Positions 52,860-64,000 of a DNA stretch of 64,000 nucleotides are shown here, one piece after another. Origin of the DNA: Camelus dromedarius (taxonomy: Eukaryota). The stretch's first letter is position 1. Every line of letters begins with the position of its first letter. The translations under genes and the position numbers were made by a program. The notes under the pieces were generated by a model that saw only the letters and a list, made by a program, of their open reading frames with translations, was not told the origin of the DNA and made no database searches. The stretch is from the NCBI RefSeq assembly GCF_036321535.1, contig NC_087437.1:115074001-115138000 (forward strand). Reading direction: 5' to 3'.

Positions 52860-53110
52860 AGGCAAGGACTACACAATTTGGCAGCTAGGAACATAGGAGT
52901 CAACAGCCTAGGCTGGATTAGGGTCTGTCTTTAGTAGACCCAAATCTACTACTGTATTTAAGAAATTGGATGAATTACATCATCTTAGTTGCAGCCCTCT
53001 CATCGGTAAAATGGAGATAATACAGTTTTTGAGTCTTATGCACTAACACATGTGAAAGCCCTTGGCACAGTGCCTGGCCCATGGTGGGCAATTACAAACA
53101 TCAGTTGTGC
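52860..53110 (+). mobile_element. MIR SINE
   Basis: ctcatcggtaaaatggagataata..tgtgaaagcccttggcacagtgcctggc. Confidence 0.75.
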
Positions 53111-53289
53111 CGCATTTGGCTGGGCTCTGTCTCACAGCTCCGGGGAGGCAGGGCATCCTAGAAATGCTTGTTGTTGATAACACAGGGGCGTCAAGCAAGA
53201 ATACTAGTGCCGATCGTGAAAGCCTGCTGACCCTGGACTCTCGCACATGGCTGGCTGGAAAACGGTTTGTCAGGCTGAGCAGAAAACTA

Positions 53290-53810
53290 CTCAGGCTGAC
53301 ATACGCAAACCTTACAACATGGCGATTCTACTCATAGGCATATACTCAACAGGAATGATTACACGTGTTCACCAAAAGAACCAGACTACTCATAACCAGC
53401 ACTATTCATAACACCCCAAACCAGAAACAACCTAAATGCCCACCAATAACAGTAGGACAGATAAACTGTGGAATGTCCACCAGATGGAGTATTTAACAGC
53501 AATAAGAATGAATAAACTAAGCTATGCAATGCCGCAGATGAACGGAAAAGAGTCCATAGTGTATGCTTCCATTTCTATCAAGTACAAAACCAGGCTGAAC
53601 TAAGACGGTGCCAGAAGTCAAGATAGTGCCCCTTGAAGAACAGTGACCAGAAGGGACCGTGACAGGTACCTCTGGGGTGCCAAGCGGCTCTATTTCCTGA
53701 TATGGTTACATGCAGTAGTTTGGTTTGTAAAACTTCAAATGCTACCTTTAGGATATGTACACTTTCTTGTACACATATTATACTTCACTAACACTTTTTC
53801 AAAAATCTAC
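53290..53810 (+). mobile_element. Old L1M (ME/MC-type) 3' end
   Basis: gttcaccaaaaga..cactattcataac..aaacaacctaaatgccca..gataaactgtgg..atgcttccattt. Confidence 0.8.
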
Positions 53811-54398
53811 CTGTACCGCTGACAAAGACAAAAAGTTTGCACGGCGCTCAAGGCCACGTACTTGGGACCTCCCCAAGCACTCTAATCCCTGCCGCAGACC
53901 TACACCAACCTAACTATTTGTCAGGAGGGCACGCGGGCACACAACACTGTAAACTCACTACACTTCAATAAAAATACATATATATACAAAAAAAAATTTT
54001 TTTTTAAACTCACAGGAGAAAAAAAAAGGGTACACAGGCCAGATGCCTCTCCCCACGACCTGTGATTTCCTCACTCATTTTTAAGGCTGGCATCATTATC
54101 ATTCTGTGGCTTTTCACATGCTTGAGGCTGGGCACTCTTCCCTGGCATAGTTCTCCTTTTCTAGACTTCAGCTGTCATCTGTATGGAGGGAATTCTCAGG
54201 TAAAAGACACTCCTCTGGATACAGAGCTAAAAGGAACTTACTGACATCAAACCCATTCTATTAAACACATCTTACCTCAGGCAAATCATTTAAAATAAGT
54301 GTCCACATTAAAGATACAACTTTAAAGAAATTACTCTTTGAAAGAATCATTTATGTGTAAGCAACTGACATGAATGCTAGCAATTTACAGAATTTTCT

Positions 54399-54695
54399 TT
54401 TTTTTAACTTTTATTGAGTTATTGTCATTTTATAATGTTGTGTCAAATTCCAGTGTAGAGCACAATTTTTCAGTTATACATGAACATACATATATTCATT
54501 GTCACATTTTTTTCCACTGTGAGCTACCACAAGATCTTGTATATATTTCCCTGTGCTATACAGTATTATCTTGCTTATCTATTCTACATATGCCTGTCAG
54601 TATCTACAAATTTTGAACTCCCAGTCTGTCCCTTCCCATCCCCCTCCCCCTTGGCAACCACAAGTTTGTATTCTATGTCTATAAGTCTGTTTCTG
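54399..54695 (-). mobile_element. Young camelid-type L1 3' UTR stub with perfect 13-bp TSD
   Basis: tacagaattttct at 54386-54398 and 54696-54708; body gtgtcaaattccagtgtagagcacaatttttcagttatacatgaacatac..gagctaccacaagatcttg..ccctgtgctatacag. Confidence 0.9.
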
Positions 54696-54938
54696 TACAG
54701 AATTTTCTAATTATCAGGTATACATCATACCATATCAGCCTTAGTCAAACTGGTATGGAGCAAAGTTATTTTCAAATATAGACCACATGAAAAAAATCAA
54801 GCTCTCTGAAATTTTGTACATTCAGTTCTAAAACAACAAAATGACTATTTCTTTGGACCACTATGCATGAGAAATAATTTATTTTTAAAGTAAACACATC
54901 CTCATGTAAGAATATTCCAGTCAATAATGCTCCCTCCC

Positions 54939-55271
54939 CTAGATGGAGCACAGGGGAATTTCGAAGGCAATGAAAACATTCTGTATTATGTTGTAATGGT
55001 GGATACATGTCATTATACATTTGTCCAAACCCATAGAATGTACAGCACAAAGAGTGAGCTCTAATGTAAATGATGTGCTTATAATTATAATAAGGCATCG
55101 GTTGATATAGGTCCATCAGTTATAACAAATGTATCACACTAAGATGTTAACAACCGGGGAACTAGAGTGGAGGGGCAGGGAGTATTATAGGAACTCTGTA
55201 CTTCTGTTCAGTTTTTCTATAAACCTAAAACTGCTCTAAGAAATGAAGGTTATTAATTAAAAAATAAAATA
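54939..55271 (+). mobile_element. L1MC-type 3' end with retained 16-bp TSD
   Basis: tggatacatgtcattatacatttgtccaaacccatagaatgtac..taaacctaaaactgctct; aataatgctccctccc (54923) vs aataatgctccttccc (55272). Confidence 0.85.
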
Positions 55272-56629
55272 AATAATGCTCCTTCCCAGCTTTTAAGATT
55301 TTCACATTTCACTTTGCTGGTTTTGCAGGAAAAATCCATTTTGGAACACAGGAGCAGCAGGAAAGAACAAAAGCTTTTGCACACTTTCAAGGGTTTACAA
55401 TTAAATATGCAAACACTGTTCACCCATTATTAGTGACTGTATAGACACATTTAAAAATTCATTATGGAGAAAAGCCATCTTGGCTTTTCTATTTTAAACT
55501 GGGCTGGTAGACTGTTCTTCTGTGTAAGAAAATATAACACAAAGTGTATTCAAATAAAAGCGAGAATAAGGGTCGACTATAATACCTCAGGGAGAAATCC
55601 GATCGATTGGGTCCATAAGGAAAGATGTATGCATTAGGTGCTCCCTAATTACGACTGCTTTGGTGGGCAGCAGTGTTGGTGAAACAGATGTTGCAGACCT
55701 ATTAAAGAAGGGGTTTCAAACATCTGCTTACAATTTTAAGGCAATTGTAAATACAGCAGAGAAGGTCAATTGGGCCAATTAAGGCCGATGTGCAAATCCA
55801 CCGCTGCAGGTTTCTTTTCAAGCTTACATGGACTTGATTTTTTATGCTTCTATTTTCTTCAACCACAATTTTTTTTTAAACACAGGAAATGGGTTTAATA
55901 ACAACTTTTGCCCATTTTGATTGTGATTTTTTAAAAAACTAGCAACAACAAACTTTCTGTTCGAGGCATTAACTGCACACCTCTTCCTTCATGATGACCC
56001 GTTCATTCTCTTCCCCTTCCCCCTGCCAGCCTGCTGCTCAGCTTCGGGCAACGGGGGTCCACTGTTGTTAAGTTACCAGGGAGGGGACGAATAACCAGCA
56101 TGAAGGAGGGCAAGCATCACCTCCAGGGAAGTCAGTACTGTGACATGCAATTTAACAGTGCTCTTAGCTGTGCGGACGTTGCAGCCGGGAGCATTTGCTA
56201 TTTCTACCATAGGTATCGCCACCACCCTTAATTAGGTGGTGCATGAAGTATCATGACCAGTAAAACAGTGGCAATAGTTTCTCTCCCTACTCTAAGTATG
56301 CAAAAACTAAAATTGTCCCTTGGTATGAGAAGTTCAGGCACATCAGAGGTAACACAAAGGACACCCTCCTAGGAAATTCTAGGCAGTGCTCCAAAGACCA
56401 AGACTCCTCCGCTCAAAGGCTGCCCTGGGGTCAAGGCACCAATCCACGGAGAGGTGGGGTTCCACCCCCAGACGTTAATTTTTCTTAAAGCTGAAAGTTT
56501 AATAGTTTGATTTTTAGGGTCACTAAGTAAAAATAACGTCCAAGTAGCCAGGCACCTTAGTGGCCTGCTTTGACGGGAACACGACATAAGCCTGACTCAC
56601 CTTCTTTGCCATGCGCTCAGGAGAGAAGG

Positions 56630-56790
56630 AAAAAAGCAAGCTTAGGAAGACCTAGATTCAAATTCAAATTCTGCACTTTCTAGCTGAGGGACCTCAAGAT
56701 CTGCTTCCTCATCTATCCAATGGGAACCTGCCACCTCCTAAAGCTCCCAGGGCTGACACACAGTAGGCACTCAGTAAATGTTGAGTTTCT
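56630..56790 (+). mobile_element. MIR SINE remnant
   Basis: gacctagattcaaattc..cttcctcatctat..cacagtaggcactcagtaaatgtt. Confidence 0.7.
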
Positions 56791-58239
56791 GCCCTCCTTC
56801 TGAGACTTGCAGGATCTCCACCAGAGCACTTCTAGGGGCCTGGACCTGTGTTCCCAAGGAGGGGGATGGGAGGACACAGTTCTCTTGAGTTTCTCCTTGT
56901 TTGTTCATTGTGGGGGAAGGTCTATTCAGTTTTTGTGTTGTTGATGTTGTTGCTGCTTTGTTTTTGGTAAAACAAAAAAGAGAGTGAATGATGAAGGTAT
57001 GCAGTTAGTCCTAAAAGAAAAATCCTTTAGGGGGCAGGATGGGAAGAAGTATCACATTAACAACAAAGAAAATTCTGAAGGAAAGTCAATATGACACACA
57101 GAAATCTAAGCTGAGAAAGAACTTTTGCGCGTGTTCCTTTTTTACTTTTCAACCTTGAGGCTCAGCTCACTCAGGTCTGAGCAGGAATAAAGAGTTCTGC
57201 TTGTCTAAACAACCACTAAATCTGAAAGCAAACAGCCCAATTCACGTGGTTCTTCAGCAGCATTCCTGTCAATAAACCCGTCTTTGCCCGATCGGTCCAA
57301 CAATGCCAGATTTAGAGCCATGCACGCCTCATCTTTCGCCTGGCTTGCAAGGGGATTTTCAAAAGGCCATTCCAAGAACAGTTCTCGAAATTTTTGCAGC
57401 CTTTTCAAAAACACAAAAATCTAATTCATTTGGCTGTTTCAGCCATCCAGCTTAAACTAATTTTAAAATCTTCCTTTTGTAAACAGTGATGTTGGGAACA
57501 CCATCACTGCCACAATATAAAATGACTATATTTTTCTCCTTTGCAACAAATTACCATAGTTTTATCACTGAAAAGCTTCAGGCAGAAACCTTAAAAAACA
57601 AACAAACAAAAAACACCAACTACTTGGAGTTCAGAATATACAAATGGCACCAGATGCTGCCATTTTTAATATCAAAATATTAGTCTGGAGGGCAAAATTT
57701 CGTTTTTTAAAAAAAAATCAAGTGTTTCACATAGGACATGGTATAAAAAGCAACCAATAAAATAAGAGCTGGTAGTCATAGCAACACACTAAAATCAAGA
57801 TCATCTGCGTTCTTAGTACAAACTCATTTCTACGAATCACTTAAAAAGAGTTTCATAGAACTAACAGTATCAGCACAGAAAGTTACAGTAAGCATCAACA
57901 GTCAATATAAATATCTTTATATGTGTTTTGTATTTTATTACAGTAGATATAAATAGCATCTTATTTACTACCCTACTAATTGGTCTCAATTTGTTAGAAT
58001 TGCATATTAAGCTAAGTAACTGATATCTAAAGTGCCTCAGCTTTTTGAAATCTCAAAAGTAATGTTTATTTAAAACATTGCATATGGTAAATTGTAAGAC
58101 TAAATAAACTTTGGCTCGAAACTCCAAAGAGCTGGGATAGCACTAGGTGAGAAAGAAAAGACCAGCATGAGAATTTCCCCCCTAATATTCCATATGCCTA
58201 AAATACTGACACTCTAGTTCTTTCGAAAGGATTTGTTTT

Positions 58240-59130
58240 TTCTTCCTGTTTACAGCAGCAATACACTTTCACAGAAGAAATTTTAGAAAATTCAGAAAAG
58301 TCACAAGTGGGGGGCGTGTCTCCCATAATACCGCCCCTCACAGAGAAACTCTCCTCGCCGTCTTTCAGCCTGTACACAAGCCTTTTGTCTTTACTTCTTT
58401 AAAACACAAATTGGGTCATACTCTGGGTATTGCTTTTTGATCTGTTTTTGTGAGTCTTATGGTTTTTTTCACAGCTATACAAATAGTTTAACAAACTATA
58501 CAAATAGTTAATCACATGGATATAAAATTTAACCTCCTATTATTAGGCACTGAGACTGTCTCTTTCGTTGTATTATCAACAGTGGAGCCACGAACGTGCA
58601 GGCATATGTATCTTTGTGTGTACTTCATCTTCTTGGTTTAAATTCCTACAAAATGAATTGTCAGATTAAAATATATGCACAATTTAAGGCCTGTATGTAA
58701 CACAAAACACACCAGAAAGGCTGTATTAATTTTGTGCCAACGTGTGAGAATACACGTTTACCCACACCTGTCCACAATTTTTTCATCTTCACAATTTAGG
58801 GTGCAAAAAACTACATTTTCCCATTTTATTAATAATGATATTCAAATATTTTCCCACATTTTTACTGGTCACCTGATTGCTTCCATTGGAGATGGACCAT
58901 TTGCTTCCTTTACCCATTTATCAATTGTAAAACTTTGTGTGTACTGAAAATATTAACCCTTTGATTACTACTTATTGTTCCAAATATTTTTTTCTCCATT
59001 GGTCACCTGATTACTTCATAGTGTGGCTTGACATATAGAAATTCATTACGCTACATAAATCTTTTTCTTTTTTCATTTTTCCTTGAATTTTTAGGCTTAG
59101 AAAGGCCTTTCCTATGCCAAGAGCAAATAA
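58240..59130 (-). mobile_element. Old L1ME-type fragment
   Basis: Antisense L1 text (aaattccta..gaattg, ctgtattaattt, ccaaatattttttctcc, gcttagaaaggcctttcc). Confidence 0.65.
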
Positions 59131-59896
59131 ACAATAGGTTTTACATATTGAACTAATACGGGAAGGCACTGATTTGAATTGCAATGATTAAGAGGGCAAA
59201 ACATAGTTAAGGAAAGAAAGAAGAAACCCCGAAGGAGTGAGAAAGAGGTGAGAAGGCTTCTAAAAATAACATTTGGCAGACATCGGCTAAATGCAAGTCT
59301 AATTTGCTTCTTAGTTAATGAAGGAGAAAATGGGGATGGTGAAGGAATAAAAGGTCCATTCTAGAACGGTAATAATAAAATCCCCTCTGAAGACAATAAC
59401 AACATTCTTGTTATACACGGAAATCTAATCCTAAAATAATAAAAAATATATTGATATAACAGCACGGTGAATAAATTCCATTTAAGCTATGTTATTCTAA
59501 CGATGATCCAGAAAATGGTGGAACTAAAGCGGTTTGTTACGTGCCAGTTAGGGGAGGATATTACCCACTTAGAACCACCGGTCCTCAGTAACATACCTGC
59601 AGAAGGCCTTTTTGTCTGCAATCAATTAATCAACAATTGTGCACCAATAGGCTAACTTGTTCATTGTTCATCAAGAGATCATACACAAACATGTAAGCAT
59701 ATACATATAAAATGTATTTATTTCAAAAAGTTTAAAACATTCGTTAAATTTGGTTCATTTTTCTAGTCATTAAACATAATCATAATCTCATCAGGGTCCA
59801 AGAGAAAAACGACTTTGGCTGCTTTAGGCCAAGCCCCTGCATCTCCTTCCTGTGGGTGGAGATGGAACCCCTGGGACATCTGGGTGGGAGGCCAGA

Positions 59897-59969
59897 GGCC
59901 AGAGACTCGGCCAGAGACTCGCCCAGACCGGCAGGGCAGGGCAGGGCAGGGGCAGGCGTGCAGGGCAGG
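59897..59969. repeat. Short ccagagactcg duplication plus (GGGCA)n tract
   Basis: ccagagactcg x2, then gggcagggcagggcagggg at 59934-59952. Confidence 0.85.
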
Positions 59970-62900
59970 AGTCTCCCCAGACTCCACCTTTGCCTCCCTT
60001 TGCTTTCTAACTTGCTTTCCCAGCTCCATCGTCCAAACTTCCCCTTAATTTTGTGAGCTACCCACCTCAGATACATTTCTCCTCTGCTCAAGTTACCGAA
60101 GTCCTGACATGTAAAATAACTCAGTAGTTTCCAACAGAGAGTAAAACTTAAAACTCAGGAGAGATGGCTTTGATGCAGGATGTCCTTAGCCCCGAAGTAT
60201 GCTCACCCTATTAAAAAGCTGCCTTGTTTCAGCTCTTTCCTGCTACATCTCACAGGGTTTTACACTTAATTTTGTTCCTTTCACTTTCTTCTCTTCATGC
60301 TCAACACCCCTCCCTAAAATGGGTCTGGTGGGAGCAGAGGCAGGAAGAAAATGGGAAAGTTGCTCACTCGCCTTTACTTTTCAGAAAATATGTGTATGGC
60401 AGCAGCAGCTTTCCTGCAGCTATCACTGTTAGAGGCTTTGCTTTTTTTTCCCCTATAAATATATTAAAAAGTGAGTCACATGTGGATTTGCACCTTAACA
60501 TTCCTATGAATATTTTAATACTTAAAATTCTGTCTCAGTGCAATGAAGGGACTAGAGGAAGGAGCAGGCAAAAGGAGGATGTGGCGGTGACCCGGGCAGC
60601 TCGCCCCGCCTGGGGCCTTCCCTTTAGAATTCAGCAGGCTGGGGAGCAGGGGAAGACAGGGGAGCCTGCTCTCCATCCCGCACCTTGGAGATCCTGACCC
60701 TCCCAGGAAGGGCCCTCTCGGAGACTGAGCATGACTTCAGGAAGGCCCATGCTGCAGAGAAGGGACTCGCACGCACACCTCTTCCCAGCACCCTGAGCCC
60801 TCAGACCCCAGGGCCTCTAGCTCCCTTCCTCATGAAAGGGCTCAGAAAATGGAGGGATACCCTTCGGGTGGGTTTTGTCTGCAGCCACCACTGGGGATTC
60901 TGGGACTTGGGGACAGCAGGGGGCACCTGTCAACAAGTATGAAAGTCCTGATTGAATTCTCGCCCTCAAATGTTATTGTGTTTTCTGTGTCCCTTCACTC
61001 CCAACTGCAATGAGGAGCCCCCCACCCAGGGGCAGTCAGACTCCCCAGGCAGGCCAGGAAGCAGCGGAAAGGGGAGAAGGTGGCTTCCCAGGACACCCCC
61101 CACCACAACCCCAGTGGGGATGCGGGGATGTGCCAGGGCTCAGGTGCACAGTCCTACGGCCAAGGGGTGACGGTGGGCTAGGAATCAGGCATTCCAAAAC
61201 CGGCCATATCTTCTCTTGGCAAAAGCCTTTTTGTACCGCACCGCCTCCCCTCCACACACGTGTACGAGAAAAGCTATGGAGTAAAGCAAGATACTTCAAC
61301 AGTTACGTTAAGAGCCTTCTACATTTCAGAAACACATATTTGAGAAACTAAAAATTAGAAAAAGTAGAATTAAATTTGCTACATTTTGGGGTATTGATTC
61401 CTACATAAATTTTAAAGAGTTTTTTAAATTAACGCCAGACACCACAGGGCCACCTGTGAAACTCCTTGGTAAACCCCTGCAGTAAAGATGCCTCTGAGGA
61501 TGCTACTCAGCCTCACTTCCAGCGGAAGAATTTTTCTATTTTCTCTAAGTGTTTCTATTTTTAATCTGCAACAAGTTTAACAGAGGAGACTTTACCCTTT
61601 GCTGTTGGTCATTTTAAGGAAAAAATTTATAACTCCAATAAGTAGGGTTATCAGAAAACTACCCACGAGGCTCCTCTGGGTCAGCTGGGCTACAAGACAC
61701 ATGGGACTGGGGATTCATCCCTTCTCTCAGCTTCTGAAATCAGAGGACTCCTCTCCTGGCAGAAAGGGCCACTCCCAGCTTCCTGTGGGCCTGAGACAGT
61801 ATCTGTAAACAGCCGCCACCCCAGTCCTGCTGCTTGGCGCCAGGCCATCTGCTGCCCCACTGACAAGAGGGCTCTCACTTGTTTTGTATGAAGTCCCTTC
61901 CCCAGGACATATACCCACTTCATTCCAGCACGGTGCCAGGTACACCTCTCCCACAGGTACCAGAAGGACCTGAACTTTGGCTGGTAAGTTTCCCTCTACA
62001 ACCTGTTCCTTAAGCCCTTCCCTGTGGCCTTGAGACCCCATCCAAGTCCTGGTGCACACCAGGCGCCTTCTGCAAAGGGACCACCCTCGGGGACAGATAT
62101 CTAGGTCTTTATTTTGTGCATCATTTTTATTCATTCCTACCATTGCTTTTGATGTTTTTCAAAAAAAAAAGTGTCTCTACCATTGCTTCTCCTTTTGTCC
62201 CTCACAATTTTATTTCAAGATCTGACATATTTTAGCTTACTTATAAATTACCTTAAATCATTTCCAGGACAGAGAAGAGCAGAAGAACGGGAAGGGGAGA
62301 AAGGAAGAGAGGAAAAACACGAGTTCTCGAACTTTCAAACACAAGCACAATTTTCTTATACGTCCTTTGGCCTTCTAGGACTCAGTGCACACCATCACTG
62401 CAAGATTCTCATGATTAATGAGTGTTGAAAATGTCCTAAAACACAGCCATCTTCAAAGTAGGGCAAGACATCTTTCCAAGAGGGCATGTAAGCATGAACA
62501 GTTTTAAGAGAAAAAAAATCCCCAGAGATGCAACTTTCCAAATGCATTCTTTCCTAAACCAAGTCTATTTCAGAATGGGCTTGGAGTCTGGGCACACACA
62601 AACTGTATTTTTAAACCTCCCCTGAAACAACCATCTCCTTCCCAGATGACAAGGAAAGGAACACTTCTCACCCTCCCCAGGTCTACCTGGAGCACAGCCC
62701 AGGATGTAAAAGCCTCCCACAGGGGTAGCAAATGGGCAATGCAAAACAGTGATGACAGTAAACAGAGCCTCCAATCAAACACCACAAACAAGAGATCATG
62801 CCTCATCTTAAACACATTTTGCGAAGTGTAGCATTTAGAAATGAGATATTTTGATCCATGTGGCATCGTTCTTGACCAAGATGTATTCCAGGGTCTGACA

Positions 62901-63049
62901 GAGGGAGTGCAGACAACTTTCACTGAACAATCTTACTCTTCCATGACCTAGCTGGTCTGCAAGAACACTTTACTCCTAAAGAAACGCCAAAGAGAACTGT
63001 TCAAGATGAGAATTCCTCATTTTATCCAGAGGACAAAACTGTATGCCTC

Positions 63050-63960
63050 ATTTATTTATCCATCTTCAAATTAGAATGAAGTGAGATATGGTCACCGGGG
63101 CGTAAATACTAATATGTTTATCTGAATTGAAAAAGAATGGTGGACATTCTAAAAGAAAGTTTGGTTTGGCTCACTGGTTTGCCAAAGAAGATTGGCTTTG
63201 CCAATTAGGTTCTATGGCAGGTACTTTCCAAAAACTGGAAGAGCTAAATCTGCAGCTCAAGGTTTTTATGAAGGTACATTTAAAACATAGGATAAAAGAT
63301 AATCATTTTGTTTAAAAAGCATACTATGAAGATGTGTTATAATTAGTTGTTTCATTTTTAGCAACTGTTCTCAAATAGATTAAAATAGGTATCTCTACGT
63401 AAAGCATTAATAGGTATAATTATAACAACTTGATATGTTATAATAAAGTCTCAGGCACCATCAGATGTTAACATAGTGAATGATTGTGACTAGAAAAAAA
63501 ATCCTTTCATAAATCAGGTGGTTTCCATTTTTTGCATTCAACAAAACTGAAGGAGGACTTGAGTTATCAATTGACAGATAAGTTAAAATAATTATTGATG
63601 AGAGAGGAATGTAATTTTTAGCATATAACTTGAAAATATTTTTTTAAACTGGGTGACAATGCTATATAAGAAAAAAATAAATAAAACCCTTACACTCCCA
63701 TCTACTTTTTTTTATGTGAAAGTTTCTCACTGGTAACATACATTAAAAAGAACAGAATTAATGCTAAACTGTTTCATTCTGTCAATAAGTCTTGTTCATC
63801 CACAGATAAACGAACTGATTGAAACAAATTATCCCATCCATTCCACTCAGGGATGTATTTCCCATAAAAACTTAGTTATGCTTAATAAGCATTTGTCAAA
63901 ATGTATTTACAATTTATTTGTTTTTGATATATTGTATACCATTGACAATTACAAGGAGAA
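63050..63960 (+). mobile_element. hAT-Charlie DNA transposon fossil (decayed transposase)
   Basis: LAHWFAKEDWLCQLGSMAGTFQKLEELNLQL resembles Charlie-type W...L.YLADIF.KLNELNLQLQ; cccatctactt..ttatgtgaa.gtttctc near 63695 is a frameshifted P-S-T-Y-L-C-E-x-x-F-S dimerisation motif. Confidence 0.75.
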
Positions 63961-64000
63961 CTCAATTCAGAAGAATTTTTTTTTTATTCTTAGAGCCTTA

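Noticed and set aside
63127..63315. Domesticated hAT transposase gene (ZBED/GTF2IRD2-like)
   Set aside because: Only a short decayed segment is open and the downstream motifs are frameshifted, so it is a fossil transposon.

Overview
Mammalian nuclear DNA, most likely camelid (alpaca/camel). The basis is cetartiodactyl-type L1 3' UTRs, including a camelid-style copy at 54399-54695, and no recognisable Bov-tA, PRE-1 or Alu SINEs. I could not confidently identify any protein-coding exon or RNA gene. The ORF track appears to be chance ORFs, tandem-repeat read-throughs and transposon fossils. The window looks like a large intron or gene desert. It contains L1, L2, MIR, MLT1/ERVL LTR and hAT DNA-transposon fossils (MER53, MER5, MER3, Charlie), a 9-copy ~62-bp VNTR, and several repeat-free blocks that resemble conserved enhancers. 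Most striking: (1) a ~185-bp CpG-dense degenerate tandem array at 46705-46890 with two exact 18-bp repeats carrying TATCGCGAGA (BANP-type) and TGACCT motifs, which on the minus strand also reads as an RS-rich 72-nt candidate exon; (2) a short non-L1 transcript end retroposed with a perfect TSD at 10659-10827; (3) a MER53 hairpin carrying a miR-1302-like 21-mer; (4) a tail-less internal L1 fragment that looks like a double-strand-break patch. All repeat family calls come from recalled consensus sequences, not database searches, and repeat boundaries are approximate.
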